Counted from the stretch's first letter, positions 1 through 10,479 are shown. The stretch is 64,000 nt of DNA from a bacterium HR35 (GCA_002898235.1 BEIL01000001.1:16034-80033); one strand, 5' to 3'. Program-made: numbers and translations. Notes: generated by a model not told the origin, from the letters alone.

Positions 1-1072
1 AAATAATTCAAACTTTGTTTTTCCGTTTGAAAAAATTTTAGATTATTTAAAATCTTTCGATTATGTAGTTGCTAATTTAGAAGGACCAATTACAGATAAA
101 GGACAAAAAGTTGGAAGCAAGTATTCTTTTAAAATGAAGCCAGAAGTTGTTGAAGCCTTAATAGAATCTAACATAAACATTTTAAATTTGGCTAATAATC
201 ATATTTTCGATTATGGCAGAACGGGACTTGAAGAAACATTAAAAAATTTGGAAAAGAATAATATAGAATATTTTGGTAATAGTTATGATCCATTGATAAT
301 AGAAATCAATAATACTAAAATAGGTTTTTTAGGTTTTTCTGACTTTTTAAAACATTTAGATGCTGAAAAGAATAATAATGGAATAGCTGTAATAAATGAA
401 AATTTTGAAAATTCTGTTAAAAAAGCAAAAGAAAAAGTTGATATTTTAATTGTAAGTTTTCATTGGGGAGATGAATATAAAAAATTTGCCAATCAAAGAC
501 AACAGAAATTTGCTAGATTGGCAATTGATTCGGGTGTAGATTTAGTTGTAGGCCATCATCCTCATGTTATTCAAAATATAGAAAAATACAAAAATAAATA
601 TATTTTTTATTCTTTAGGTAATTTTATTTTTGATCAAAATTTTTCTGAAGATACAATGATTGGCGGAGGGGTCGAAGTTTATATTAAAAATAAAAAAATA
701 GATAGGATTTCTTTCCGAAAATTTTATTTAAATAATGACTTTCAAATAGAAAAAATAAGCGATCTATTATTACCCTATCAAATAAATAATAAGATTTATC
801 TTTTAAAAATTGCTGATGAACCATTAGAATGGGAAAGAGGTTTAATGTTTGTAAGAAAACCAATTGATTTTGATGGAATGATTTTTATTTTTCCTGATAA
901 ACAAATTAGATCGTTTTGGAATAAAAATACTCTTGTTGATTTAGATATTTATTGGTTAGATGATGATAAAATTATTGGCAAAGATTTTTTACCTTCAATT
1001 GAAAAAACAAAAGGAATTTATACAATTACCTCACCAGTTCCGGTGAATAAAGTGATTGAAATAATAAAATGA
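1..1072 (+). CDS. CapA-family metallophosphoesterase fused to a C-terminal DUF192 domain (5' partial)
   Basis: The reading frame is open from position 2 with no stop before the M at 134, so the gene starts upstream of the window. CapA/PgsA-like motifs FDYVVANLEGPIT, HWGDEY and GHHPHV are present. The C-terminal 100 aa carry DUF192-type motifs ERGLMF..DGMIFIF..FWNKNTLVDLDIYWLD. Confidence 0.6.
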   Translation, partial: NNSNFVFPFEKILDYLKSFDYVVANLEGPITDKGQKVGSKYSFKMKPEVVEALIESNINILNLANNHIFDYGRTGLEETLKNLEKNNIEYFGNSYDPLIIEINNTKIGFLGFSDFLKHLDAEKNNNGIAVINENFENSVKKAKEKVDILIVSFHWGDEYKKFANQRQQKFARLAIDSGVDLVVGHHPHVIQNIEKYKNKYIFYSLGNFIFDQNFSEDTMIGGGVEVYIKNKKIDRISFRKFYLNNDFQIEKISDLLLPYQINNKIYLLKIADEPLEWERGLMFVRKPIDFDGMIFIFPDKQIRSFWNKNTLVDLDIYWLDDDKIIGKDFLPSIEKTKGIYTITSPVPVNKVIEIIK

Positions 1073-1938
1073 ATTTAATAAAAAATAAATTTTTATTAAT
1101 AAGTTTTTCTTTGGTTTTAATCTTTGTGCTATTAATAATTTTGATTATTTATAATAAAAAGAATAATTTTTCTCAAGATATTCTTCAAAATATTTCTCAA
1201 AATTCTTCAGATATATTCATCTTTAGCCCTAAAGAAAATCAAAAAATTAAATCACCTTTGCTGATTCAAGGAAAAGCAAAAGGCAATTGGTTTTTTGAAG
1301 CAGAATTTACTTCTGAGCTTTACGATAGCGAAAATAATTTATTAGGTAAGGCAATTTTAAGAGCAAAGAGCGATTGGATGACAGAAGATTTTGTACCTTT
1401 TGAAGGTAAATTAAATTTTAAACAACCAAAAACTAAAACCGGTAAATTATTGTTTTTATCAGCTAATCCAAGCGGTATAGCAGAACATCAAAAAGTTTAT
1501 TCAGTTCCTGTTAAATTTGAAGAAATCAAATACCAGAAAGTTTTACTTTATTATTATAATCCAGAAAAAGATAAGGATGAAAATGGTAATATAAAATGTT
1601 CTGAAGATGGATTGGTGGCAATTGAAAGAGAAATACCTTTAAGTCAAACTCCTATTCAAGATACAATTAAGTTATTATTAAGAGGAAAAGAAAATTTAAC
1701 TCAAGAAGAAATAAATCAGGGTATTGAAACCGAATTTCCGCTTCGAGGTTTTGAATTAAAATCGGTTAATCTTAAAGAAGATGGAACTTTAATTTTAGGA
1801 TTTAATGATCCTTACTATCAAACTTTAGGTGGTTCTTGTCGGGTTAAAATATTATGGTTACAGATAGAAAAAACTGCACAACAATTTTCTCAAATAAAAG
1901 AAGTAGAATTTAAACCAGAATATCTTTTCCAACCATAG
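1069..1938 (+). CDS. membrane-anchored GerMN/Gmad2-like domain protein
   Basis: N-terminal TM helix. The C-terminal region (LLYYYNPEKD...GLVAIEREIP..QDTIKLLL..LKSVNLKEDGTLILGFN) resembles the GerMN sporulation/germination domain. Start overlaps the previous stop (ATGA). Confidence 0.4.
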   Translation: MNLIKNKFLLISFSLVLIFVLLIILIIYNKKNNFSQDILQNISQNSSDIFIFSPKENQKIKSPLLIQGKAKGNWFFEAEFTSELYDSENNLLGKAILRAKSDWMTEDFVPFEGKLNFKQPKTKTGKLLFLSANPSGIAEHQKVYSVPVKFEEIKYQKVLLYYYNPEKDKDENGNIKCSEDGLVAIEREIPLSQTPIQDTIKLLLRGKENLTQEEINQGIETEFPLRGFELKSVNLKEDGTLILGFNDPYYQTLGGSCRVKILWLQIEKTAQQFSQIKEVEFKPEYLFQP

Positions 1939-1967
1939 TTTTGATTTTGAAATATTAATAATAAAAT

Positions 1968-4610
1968 ATGATTTATCATTCTTGGGAGATAAAACGGGTA
2001 TTAGAAGAGTTTGAAACAGATTTTGTTGGTTTAACTACTGAAGAAGCTAAACAAAGACTTTTAAAATATGGGAAAAATTCTTTGCCAGAAGAAAAGGTTT
2101 CTTTAACCAGGATTTTTCTAAAGCAATTTAAAAATATCTTTAATTTAGTTTTATTTTTTGTTTTAATTTTGACTTTATATTTAGGTAAATTTGCTGACTC
2201 TTTTGTCGTTATTTTAATAATTTTAGTTAATGCTTTTATAGGTTTCTTTTTTGAATTACGAACAGAAAAAACTCTAAAGAAATTAAAAGAACTTTTAAAA
2301 CCCAAAGCTAAAGTTTTGAGAGATAAAGAATTGATTGAGATTAATGCTGAAAATTTAGTCCCGGGTGATATTGTTTTTGTTGAAGAAGGAGACATTATCC
2401 CCTCTGATTTAAGATTTTTTGAAATTGAAAATTTAAAAGTTGATGAATCAATTTTAACTGGAGAATCTTTACCTGTTGAAAAAGATATTAAAATCTTATC
2501 AGAGGATACACCAATATCTGAAATGAAAAATATTGGTTTTATGGGGAGTTATGTTGTTGAAGGAAAGGGGAAAGGAATTGTTGTAGCAACGGGTATTCAA
2601 ACTTATATAGGCTCAATCTACGAAAAATTTAAAAAAATAGAACAATTTGCACCTCATTTTGAAAAACTTTCTAAAGATTTAATTTTGAGAATGATTTTGA
2701 TCGCTGTTTCAACTTCAATCTTGATTTTTTATTTTGCTTTTCGAAAAAATTATAACTGGACAGAGACCTTGCTTTTTGTTTTATCGTCTTTTGTCTCTTC
2801 AATTCCTGAAGGATTGCCCGTGATTATAACTGTTCTTTTAGTAATCAGTGCTTATGCTTTATATAAGAAAAATATTTTAGTTAAAAATTTACAGGCAACT
2901 GAAAATTTATCAGTTATTAATCTTTTGCTTTCAGATAAAACTGGAACCTTAACTGAAAATATTATGACAGTAAGAAAAATATTTGTTAATAATGAAGAGA
3001 TTGAAATTACGGGAGAAGGTTATAATTTAGAAGGAAAATTTTTGAAAGATGGCAAAGAAATAAATATTTTAGAAAACTATCCCTTGATTAAACTTTTAAA
3101 TATTTGCGCTATCGTCAGTGAAGGCTCAATAATTAAAGATGGAGAATTTAAATTTAAAGGTAATCCTCGAGATATTGCTTTACTTATTTTGTTAGAAAAA
3201 TCTGGTTTTAAAAGAGAAGAAATCTTAGAAAAAGAAAAAATAAAGAAAAGAGAACCATTTTCAAGAATTAAAAAACATAAAAGAGTTATTGTTGAACATG
3301 AAAGGATTGAATCTTACTATTTAGGTGCTTTTGAGAAAATAATTAATGATTGCGATTATATTTTGACTTATGAAGGTGTAAAAGAATTTGAAAATAAAGA
3401 AGAAATTTTAAATAAAGCTCTTGAATATGCTAATAATGGTTTTACTATCTTAGCTGCTGCTTATAATGAAGGAGAAAGAGAAGAAAATTTAATTTTTGTT
3501 GGTTTGATTGCTTTGTATGATCCTCCGAAAAGAGGAATTAAAGAAACAATAGCTAAATTAAAATCAGCAGGAATAGATATTAGGATTTTGACAGGTGATC
3601 ATAAAGCAACAGCAGTTTATATTGCTAAAGAAATTGGTTTTGAAAATTTAAATGCAGTTGATGAGGAAGAAATTAAAGGTTTATCTGATGAAAAACTAAA
3701 AGAAGTATTAAAAAATACTTACATATTTGCTCGAATTACTCCTGAAACTAAATTAAAAATTTTAGAACTTTATCAAAAATTGGGTTATTCAGTTGCTTAT
3801 ATCGGTGATGGCGTTAACGATGTTTTAACTTTAAAAAAAGCAGAAGTCGGAGTTTGTATGGGAAAACGTGGTTCAGAAATTGCTAAATCAGCTAGTGATA
3901 TTATTTTAATTGATGATAATTTGGAAAGTTTACTTTCAGGTTTTATTGAGGGAAGAAAAATATTTAACAATCTTAAAAGAGTTGTTTTCTTTTTGGTTAC
4001 CACTAATGTTGCCGAAAGCTTAACGATTTTGGCTTCACTAATCTTAGGTTTTCCATTTATTTTAAAACCAACACATATTTTATTTTTAAATTTTGTAACT
4101 GATACTTTGGTTGGAACAGCTTTAGCTTTTGAAAAAGAACACGGTTATGAACTTCAATCAAAACCAAGAAACCCCAGAGAGTCGTTAATAAGCCTTGATT
4201 TATTGCCTTTTCTTTTAATGATGGCATCAATAATGATGATATTAACTGTTTTAATTTTTAGTGCTGAATATCTGTTTGACCTAAATAAAGCTAGAACTTA
4301 TGCATTTTTAGTTATGAGCTTAACTCAGCTTTATAATGCCTTAAATTTAAGATCATTAAATAGAAGTATATTTAGATTAAGTTTTAAACTAAATCCTTAC
4401 ATAATCGTTGAAATTATTTTATCATTGTTTTTACAATACTTTGTGATTTTTAATTCAACAGCGCGGTCAATTTTAGGCTTTAGTGAAATAAGTTTATTTG
4501 AATTTTTTGTTATTTTAATTTTAAGTTCTCTTGTATTGATAGTAGGTGAGTTATATAAGCTTATTAAAGGCAAATTTATTAAAATAAATAATAAATCTTA
4601 CTTTTCATAA
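1968..4610 (+). CDS. P-type cation-transporting ATPase (type II, Ca2+/Mg2+-like)
   Basis: DKTGTLT phosphorylation motif, PEGLPVII, TGDHKATA, and GDGVNDVLTLKKAEVGVCMG. About 10 TM segments flank the cytoplasmic domains. Confidence 0.85.
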   Translation: MIYHSWEIKRVLEEFETDFVGLTTEEAKQRLLKYGKNSLPEEKVSLTRIFLKQFKNIFNLVLFFVLILTLYLGKFADSFVVILIILVNAFIGFFFELRTEKTLKKLKELLKPKAKVLRDKELIEINAENLVPGDIVFVEEGDIIPSDLRFFEIENLKVDESILTGESLPVEKDIKILSEDTPISEMKNIGFMGSYVVEGKGKGIVVATGIQTYIGSIYEKFKKIEQFAPHFEKLSKDLILRMILIAVSTSILIFYFAFRKNYNWTETLLFVLSSFVSSIPEGLPVIITVLLVISAYALYKKNILVKNLQATENLSVINLLLSDKTGTLTENIMTVRKIFVNNEEIEITGEGYNLEGKFLKDGKEINILENYPLIKLLNICAIVSEGSIIKDGEFKFKGNPRDIALLILLEKSGFKREEILEKEKIKKREPFSRIKKHKRVIVEHERIESYYLGAFEKIINDCDYILTYEGVKEFENKEEILNKALEYANNGFTILAAAYNEGEREENLIFVGLIALYDPPKRGIKETIAKLKSAGIDIRILTGDHKATAVYIAKEIGFENLNAVDEEEIKGLSDEKLKEVLKNTYIFARITPETKLKILELYQKLGYSVAYIGDGVNDVLTLKKAEVGVCMGKRGSEIAKSASDIILIDDNLESLLSGFIEGRKIFNNLKRVVFFLVTTNVAESLTILASLILGFPFILKPTHILFLNFVTDTLVGTALAFEKEHGYELQSKPRNPRESLISLDLLPFLLMMASIMMILTVLIFSAEYLFDLNKARTYAFLVMSLTQLYNALNLRSLNRSIFRLSFKLNPYIIVEIILSLFLQYFVIFNSTARSILGFSEISLFEFFVILILSSLVLIVGELYKLIKGKFIKINNKSYFS

Positions 4611-4630
4611 AAGTATGATATAATGTAACT

Positions 4631-4876
4631 ATGGTTAAGAAAAATTTTAAAAAATTTGAAAAGAAATTCTATGGTTCAACTGTTTTGGGCGAGAAAGGAC
4701 AAGTTGTTATTCCTAAAGAAGCAAGAGATGATTTAAAGATTAAAAAAGGAGAAAAGTTATTGGTTTTTGGTATGAAGGGAATGATTACTTTAATGAAGTT
4801 TTCTGAAGTTAAAAAAATAATGTCGTATTTAGAAAAACAGCTAAAAGGTCTTCAAAAAATTGTGAAACAAAAATGA
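4631..4876 (+). CDS. AbrB/SpoVT-type (looped-hinge helix) small DNA-binding protein
   Basis: KGQVVIPKEARDDLKIKKGEKLLVF matches the SpoVT/AbrB swapped-hairpin motif. 81 aa. Overlaps the start of the downstream adaptor gene. Confidence 0.45.
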   Translation: MVKKNFKKFEKKFYGSTVLGEKGQVVIPKEARDDLKIKKGEKLLVFGMKGMITLMKFSEVKKIMSYLEKQLKGLQKIVKQK

Positions 4877-6540
4877 TTAAAAGAATTTTAAAAAATAAAA
4901 AATTGCTCTTTTTCGCGATCTTGATTTTAGTTGGCATTTTCTATTTTGCTTATTCAAAAATTAAAAATAATCAAATTAGCGAAGGTTATATTTTAGCTAA
5001 AGTTGAAAAGGGGACAATTCAAAAAAGCGTTTCTGGAACTGGTTACGTTACTTCAACTGATGTTTTTGAAATTAAACCTACTATTTCTGGAAAAATTTTA
5101 AATATCTACGTTAAAGAAGGCAATTATGTTAGCAAAGGACAACTTTTATTCGTTTTAGATGATTCAGATATTAAAAAACAAATCCGAGATTTAGAATTAG
5201 ATATTGAAAATTCAAAACTGAATTTAGCTAAAGCCAAAGATGATTATCAAAGGACTTTAAGAGGAGATGATTTGAAAAAAAGTTACGAAGATTTACTTAA
5301 AAATTTAAATGATATTTTTGTAAGTTATCCAGATGATTTAGAAAAAGTAAGAAAGGTTTATTTTGAAAAAGACTTAGATTCTACTATTTATAACATTGAT
5401 TATTATCTTTATTATTTTCCTCAAAGCTCAGTAAATTCTAATGACCTTCAGAAAACATACAATGAATTGAAAAATAATTTTGTTTTAATTTCCCAAAACC
5501 TTCAAACAGCAAAATTTAATACTCAAAATATTGATTATAATTTAGTTAGAGATTCTTATAATTTTCTTTTAAAAACTCAAGATTTTATTAAATCTGGATT
5601 AGATTTAATTAGAAGATTAAAAGAAGATCTAAGTTTAAGTCAGGCCTATCATACAAAACAAGAAATTATTGATAGACATTATAATGATTTAAATTCTATT
5701 TATGGAAAGTATAGTAATTATCTCGATTCTTTATCTTCATTAGTAAATAGTCTAAATAACTATCAAGATACACTTAGACAAAAAGAATATGATATTAAAT
5801 CTTTAGAGCTTGCTCTTCAACAAAAGGAAAATAAACTTAATGATTTAAAAGAAGATTTAAAAGACTATTATATTTATGCTCCAATAAATGGAATAATACA
5901 AGATGTAAATGTAAAAATAAATGATTATGTATCTTCTAATTCTGTTTTAGCCAAATTAGTTTCTAACGAAAAAATTGTTGAAGTTTCATTAAATGAAATT
6001 GATGCTGCTGAAGTTAAGATCGGGCAAAAGGCAATTATAACTTTCGATGCTTTACCTAATATTAAATTAAAAGGTAAGGTATTTTATATTTCACCAATCG
6101 GAGAAATCAACCAAGGAGTTGTTAATTATTTAGTTAAAGTAAGTATGGAAAATAATTCACAAGTGAAGATTGGAATGACTGCTAATGTTGAGATAATTAC
6201 TCAAACAAAAAATAATGTTTTAACAATACCCAATTCAGCAATTAAAAGTATAAATAATAGAAATTATGTTGAGGTTCCAGATGAAAGAGAAAATATAACC
6301 CAAGTAACCAATAGACCAATAAAATTAAATTATCCTCCCAAAAGAGTTTTTGTTAAGATAGGTCTCTCTGATAGTAATAATACAGAAATTTTGGAGGGCT
6401 TAAAAGAAAGAGATGTTGTGATAATTAAAAAGATTGAAAATAATAATAATAACCGACAATCTCAAGGTTTATTCCAAAGATTATTACCTAACCCGAGACA
6501 ATTTGCTCCTCAATCAAGACCTCAAAATATTCAAAGATAA
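4873..6540 (+). CDS. HlyD-family membrane-fusion/periplasmic adaptor protein (MacA-like)
   Basis: N-terminal TM anchor, a long coiled-coil region, and a C-terminal beta-barrel region (GQKAIITFDALPN..GKVFYISP). Located immediately upstream of the MacB-like ATPase and permease. Confidence 0.7.
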   Translation: MIKRILKNKKLLFFAILILVGIFYFAYSKIKNNQISEGYILAKVEKGTIQKSVSGTGYVTSTDVFEIKPTISGKILNIYVKEGNYVSKGQLLFVLDDSDIKKQIRDLELDIENSKLNLAKAKDDYQRTLRGDDLKKSYEDLLKNLNDIFVSYPDDLEKVRKVYFEKDLDSTIYNIDYYLYYFPQSSVNSNDLQKTYNELKNNFVLISQNLQTAKFNTQNIDYNLVRDSYNFLLKTQDFIKSGLDLIRRLKEDLSLSQAYHTKQEIIDRHYNDLNSIYGKYSNYLDSLSSLVNSLNNYQDTLRQKEYDIKSLELALQQKENKLNDLKEDLKDYYIYAPINGIIQDVNVKINDYVSSNSVLAKLVSNEKIVEVSLNEIDAAEVKIGQKAIITFDALPNIKLKGKVFYISPIGEINQGVVNYLVKVSMENNSQVKIGMTANVEIITQTKNNVLTIPNSAIKSINNRNYVEVPDERENITQVTNRPIKLNYPPKRVFVKIGLSDSNNTEILEGLKERDVVIIKKIENNNNNRQSQGLFQRLLPNPRQFAPQSRPQNIQR

Positions 6541-6551
6541 TTTCAAAGCCA

Positions 6552-7271
6552 ATGATTGAACTTCAAAATATTTCCAAGATTTATAAAAATGGAGAAATAG
6601 AAACTGTTGCTTTAAAGAATATTAATTTAAAGATTAATAAGGGAGAATTTATTTCAATTATGGGTCCATCTGGTTCAGGAAAATCTACCTTAATGCATAT
6701 TATTGGACTTTTAGACAGACCAACAAGCGGAACTTATATTTTAGATGGACAAGATGTTTCGAAATTAAAAGATGAAGAATTAGCTAAATTAAGAAATAAA
6801 AAGATTGGTTTTGTTTTTCAAGCCTTCTTTTTACTACCAAGAAAAAATGTTTTAGAAAATGTTATTTTGCCTTCGATTTATTCTGATTTAAATCCATCTC
6901 AAAAAAAAGAAAAAGCAATTGAATGCTTAAAAGAATCTGCCTTTCCTTTAGATTTTATTTATCATTATCCTAATCAACTTTCTGGTGGAATGATGCAAAG
7001 AGTGGCTATTGCTCGAGCTTTAATGAATGATCCAGAAATTATTTTAGCTGACGAACCTACTGGCAATTTAGATACTAAAACTGGAGAAGTGGTTTTACAT
7101 ACTTTTCAAAAATTAAACATTGAAAAAGGAATAACTGTTGTTTTAATTACTCATGAAGAGTATGTTGCCGAACATGCAGAGAAAATAATTAGAATTAGAG
7201 ATGGAGAATTAATTAGCGAAGAAAAAGTTAAAAATAGGAAGATTTTATATCATAACAATGAGAATAAATGA
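6552..7271 (+). CDS. ABC transporter ATP-binding protein (MacB/LolD-like)
   Basis: Walker [13 protein letters not shown] signature [15 protein letters not shown], Walker [12 protein letters not shown]. Confidence 0.85.
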   Translation: MIELQNISKIYKNGEIETVALKNINLKINKGEFISIMGPSGSGKSTLMHIIGLLDRPTSGTYILDGQDVSKLKDEELAKLRNKKIGFVFQAFFLLPRKNVLENVILPSIYSDLNPSQKKEKAIECLKESAFPLDFIYHYPNQLSGGMMQRVAIARALMNDPEIILADEPTGNLDTKTGEVVLHTFQKLNIEKGITVVLITHEEYVAEHAEKIIRIRDGELISEEKVKNRKILYHNNENK

Positions 7272-8469
7272 TTTAATTCAAGAATCAATTGATTCATTAA
7301 AAAGTAATAAATTAAGAACAGGACTTACAATTTTAGGAATTATTATTGGTATTGCTGCTGTTATTTCGATGATTTCTTTAGGTGAAGGTTCAAAAGTTAG
7401 CATTCAAAGAAGCATTGAAAGCTTAGGTTCAAATAATTTAATTGTTTTTCCGGGTATTGTTCAGCCAGGAAGAGGCTTTGTTTCAAGTGGAAGAGGAGAG
7501 GCGCAAGTTTTGAAAAGAGATGATGTTGAAGAAATTAAAAAAATTGATAATATTGTTGCTATTTCTCCTGAAGTCCAAAGAAGATTTCAAGTTGTAGCAG
7601 AAACAGGAAATAATAGAAATACAACTGTTTTAGGGGTTGATATTGGTTTTTTTACGGTAAGAAATATGGAAATTGAAAATGGAAATTTATTTACCGATGA
7701 ACAAATAAGAAGTTATTCAAAAGTTGCTATTTTAGGAAATCAAATTGCTAAAGATTTATTTGGCGATGTTGATCCAATTGGTAAAAAGATTAAGATTAGA
7801 AATTTGACTTTTCGAGTTATTGGTATTTTAAAGGCTAAAGGCTCGACTGGTTTTGTAAGTTATGATGATTTTGTTATTATTCCTTATACTGTTATGCAAA
7901 AACAATTAGCGGGAACAGAATATTTTAATTCTATTGCTGTGAAAGTCGATTCAAAAGAAAATATTGAAAAAGTTAGAGAGGAAATTACAAATAGATTAAC
8001 GGTTTTACATCGAGTTGATGAACCTGATTTTACTGTTTTTTCTCAAGAAGATATTTTAAGTACTTTAACTTCAATTATTAATACTTTTACAATTTTTCTT
8101 TCCTTTATCGCTGGAGTTTCACTTTTGGTTGGTGGAATAGGGATTATGAACATGATGTTAACCAGCGTTACTGAAAGAACAAAAGAAATTGGACTTCGAA
8201 AGGCTGTTGGAGCAAGAAATAGTGATATTTTGAATCAAATATTATTAGAATCAGTTTTTATAACTTTGTTAGGTGGAATTTTCGGAATTTTATTAGGAAT
8301 TTTAATTTCTTATGGAGTAAGTAAGATTGCTAATATTACAACTTATATTTCATTAAAAGCAATCTTAATTTCAGTTATTGTTTCAACGGCTATTGGTTTA
8401 ATATTTGGCTATTATCCAGCAAAAAGAGCAAGTAATTTAGATCCTATTGTTGCTTTAAGATATGAGTAG
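7258..8469 (+). CDS. ABC transporter permease, FtsX/MacB family
   Basis: MacB_PCD-like N-terminal periplasmic domain followed by a 4-TM FtsX domain with a C-terminal DPIVALRYE-like tail. Confidence 0.8.
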   Translation: MRINDLIQESIDSLKSNKLRTGLTILGIIIGIAAVISMISLGEGSKVSIQRSIESLGSNNLIVFPGIVQPGRGFVSSGRGEAQVLKRDDVEEIKKIDNIVAISPEVQRRFQVVAETGNNRNTTVLGVDIGFFTVRNMEIENGNLFTDEQIRSYSKVAILGNQIAKDLFGDVDPIGKKIKIRNLTFRVIGILKAKGSTGFVSYDDFVIIPYTVMQKQLAGTEYFNSIAVKVDSKENIEKVREEITNRLTVLHRVDEPDFTVFSQEDILSTLTSIINTFTIFLSFIAGVSLLVGGIGIMNMMLTSVTERTKEIGLRKAVGARNSDILNQILLESVFITLLGGIFGILLGILISYGVSKIANITTYISLKAILISVIVSTAIGLIFGYYPAKRASNLDPIVALRYE

Positions 8470-8510
8470 GTTATAATTAATTTAAGGTCGCATTGGTTTT
8501 TAATTTTTAA

Positions 8511-8825
8511 ATGGCAGGCTTTGATCAATACCACGAACCACCAGAGGAATTGTCTCCAGAATTAAGAGATTTTGCTAGAATTATTGCTTCATTAGTTGAA
8601 GAAGCTGAGGCAATTAATTGGTATCAACAAAGAATAGCTGTCACTAAAGACCCAGAAGTCAGAGCTATTATGGAGCATGCTCAAGAAGAAGAATTTGAAC
8701 ATTTTGCTATTGATTTAGAGTGGCTAACAAGAAAATTACCTAAATGGCGAGAAGTTTTAAAAGCTATTCTTTTTAAAGAGGGCGACATTTTGGAAAATGC
8801 TGAAAAATGGGAGGAGGGGAAATAG
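8511..8825 (+). CDS. small ferritin-like (EncFtn-like) di-iron carboxylate protein
   Basis: 104 aa helical protein with a Glu cluster (EEAEAINWY) and an ExxH site (EEEFEHF) spaced as in encapsulated-ferritin-like proteins. No encapsulin shell gene is nearby. Slightly elevated GC3. Confidence 0.35.
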   Translation: MAGFDQYHEPPEELSPELRDFARIIASLVEEAEAINWYQQRIAVTKDPEVRAIMEHAQEEEFEHFAIDLEWLTRKLPKWREVLKAILFKEGDILENAEKWEEGK

Positions 8826-9250
8826 CAAAATTTAATTGGATAATTTTTGCTTTGCTTTCAGCTATTAGTGCAGCTTTAGTAGCTATTTTTGGTAAACTTG
8901 GTGTTTCTAATATTGATTCTACTTTAGCTACTACAGTAAGAGCAATTATTATGACATTGTTTTTGGTTATTGTTTCTTTAGTTTTGGGTAAATTTCAGTT
9001 ATTAAAAACAATAGATAATAAAGCATTATTATTTATCATTTTGGCTGGTGTTTCTGGAGCTTTATCTTGGTTTTTTTATTTTTTAGCTTTAAAATTAGGA
9101 CCAGCTTCAGGAGTTGCTGCTTTAGATAGATTAAGTGTTGTTTTTGTTTTAATTTTGTCAGTTTTATTTTTGGCTGAGAAATTAACTTTAAAATCAGCTT
9201 TAGGAGTAATTTTTATTACTCTGGGAGCTATTTTAATGGTTGTAAAATAA
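8807..9250 (+). CDS. EamA-like (DMT superfamily) small membrane transporter
   Basis: 147 aa with 4-5 TM helices and EamA-like spacing. The true start may be an internal Met; overlaps the previous gene by 19 nt. Confidence 0.45.
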   Translation: MGGGEIAKFNWIIFALLSAISAALVAIFGKLGVSNIDSTLATTVRAIIMTLFLVIVSLVLGKFQLLKTIDNKALLFIILAGVSGALSWFFYFLALKLGPASGVAALDRLSVVFVLILSVLFLAEKLTLKSALGVIFITLGAILMVVK

Positions 9251-9283
9251 AGTTGAAATTTTTAAATATATTTTTATAAAATA

Positions 9284-9757
9284 ATGGGAAAAAAATCAAT
9301 TTATATAGGTTTGATAACTGTTATGATAATTGTTGTTGGAGGTTTAGTTTTTTTTAAATTTACCAATAAAAAATCTCAAATTAATCATAATCAAGTATCT
9401 AATCAATTTTCGCTTCCATCTGCTATTTCTAATAATGATTTATTAGAAACTTTTGGTTCGACCTCAACTGAAATTTTAAATAATCAACAATTAGAGCAAA
9501 ATTCAGCTCAACCACAAGAAAAGCTTTATACGTTAGAAGAAGTAGCTCAACATAATTCTAAGGAAAGTTGCTGGACTGTTATTCGAGACAGAGTTTATGA
9601 TTTAACTCAGTGGATTGATAAACATCCAGGTGGTTCAGATAAAATTTCAGCTTTATGTGGCAAGGATGGTACTCAAGCATTTGAAAATAAACATGGAGGC
9701 GAAGAAAAACCAGAAAAAACTTTAGAACAATTTGAAATAGGTAAACTAAAACAATAA
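9284..9757 (+). CDS. membrane-anchored cytochrome b5-like heme-binding protein
   Basis: N-terminal TM helix. The C-terminal b5 domain carries EEVAQHNSKESCWTVIRDRVYDLTQWIDKHPGG...ALCGKDGTQAF with the HPGG heme-ligand motif. Confidence 0.7.
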   Translation: MGKKSIYIGLITVMIIVVGGLVFFKFTNKKSQINHNQVSNQFSLPSAISNNDLLETFGSTSTEILNNQQLEQNSAQPQEKLYTLEEVAQHNSKESCWTVIRDRVYDLTQWIDKHPGGSDKISALCGKDGTQAFENKHGGEEKPEKTLEQFEIGKLKQ

Positions 9758-10131
9758 TGGAAGATTACGGTAAATTAATTTTAAGAATAGGTTTAGGAAT
9801 TGTTTTTCTTTATTTTGGCATTAGCCAGTTAATTTTTCCTCAAAGATGGGTTGATTTAATTCCTGAAGTTAAGTTTGTTTATATGAATGATATTTTTAAG
9901 CAGAAGATAGTTTTGCTGAATGGTTTTTTAGATTGTTTAATTGGCATTTGTTTTATTTTGGGTATATTTGTTAAAATAGTTTCTCTTTTAGCCACTTTAC
10001 ATCTTATTTCAATTTTTCTTTTTTCTTTGGGCTTTACTCCTTCAGGTTTTCGTGATTTAGGTTTAGCTTTAGCTTCATTGTCTTTATATTTTTTAAGAGA
10101 AGGCAAGTTTAAAATAGGAATAAAAATATAA
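9757..10131 (+). CDS. DoxX-family membrane protein
   Basis: 4 TM helices with a DoxX-like N-terminus (LLRIGLGIVFLYFGISQL). Confidence 0.45.
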   Translation: MEDYGKLILRIGLGIVFLYFGISQLIFPQRWVDLIPEVKFVYMNDIFKQKIVLLNGFLDCLIGICFILGIFVKIVSLLATLHLISIFLFSLGFTPSGFRDLGLALASLSLYFLREGKFKIGIKI

Positions 10132-10137
10132 TAGTTA

Positions 10138-10470
10138 ATGATAAAAATTAGTAAAAGATTTATTAAACGTAGAGCAATTAAATTTGAGGTTTTTGATGGT
10201 AGAAAGAAGATTGGCAGGGCTTATCTATATTTAATTAAAAATGATTTACACAAAAAACCATACGGGTTATTAGAAGATATTTATATAGATGAAAAATATA
10301 GAGGACAGGGAATAGGCACAAAACTTTTAAATGAAGTCATTAAAAAAGCAAGAAGTTTAAAATGTTATAAGTTAATCGCTACAAGTAGGTTTGAAAGAAA
10401 GAATATTCATAATTGGTACTTAAAATCAGGTTTTAAAAAATATGGTTATGAATTTCGAATTGATTTATAA
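10138..10470 (+). CDS. GNAT family N-acetyltransferase
   Basis: Acetyl-CoA binding motif YRGQGIGTKLL within IYIDEKYRGQGIGTKLLNEVIKKA. Confidence 0.65.
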   Translation: MIKISKRFIKRRAIKFEVFDGRKKIGRAYLYLIKNDLHKKPYGLLEDIYIDEKYRGQGIGTKLLNEVIKKARSLKCYKLIATSRFERKNIHNWYLKSGFKKYGYEFRIDL

Positions 10471-10479
10471 TTAAACATA

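Noticed and set aside
1976-2395. Antisense ORFs inside large genes (1976-2395, 3797-4003, 9879-10106, 12627-12893, 13560-13844, 14398-14619, 15517-15738, 19545-19760, 20090-20299, 26117-26308, 26645-26848, 36998-37189, 38612-38803, 40591-40794, 46057-46492, 46782-47003, 58550-58732, 60266-60829 and others)
   Set aside because: Low-complexity, Lys/Asn/Phe-rich translations typical of AT-rich antisense frames, fully embedded in well-supported genes.
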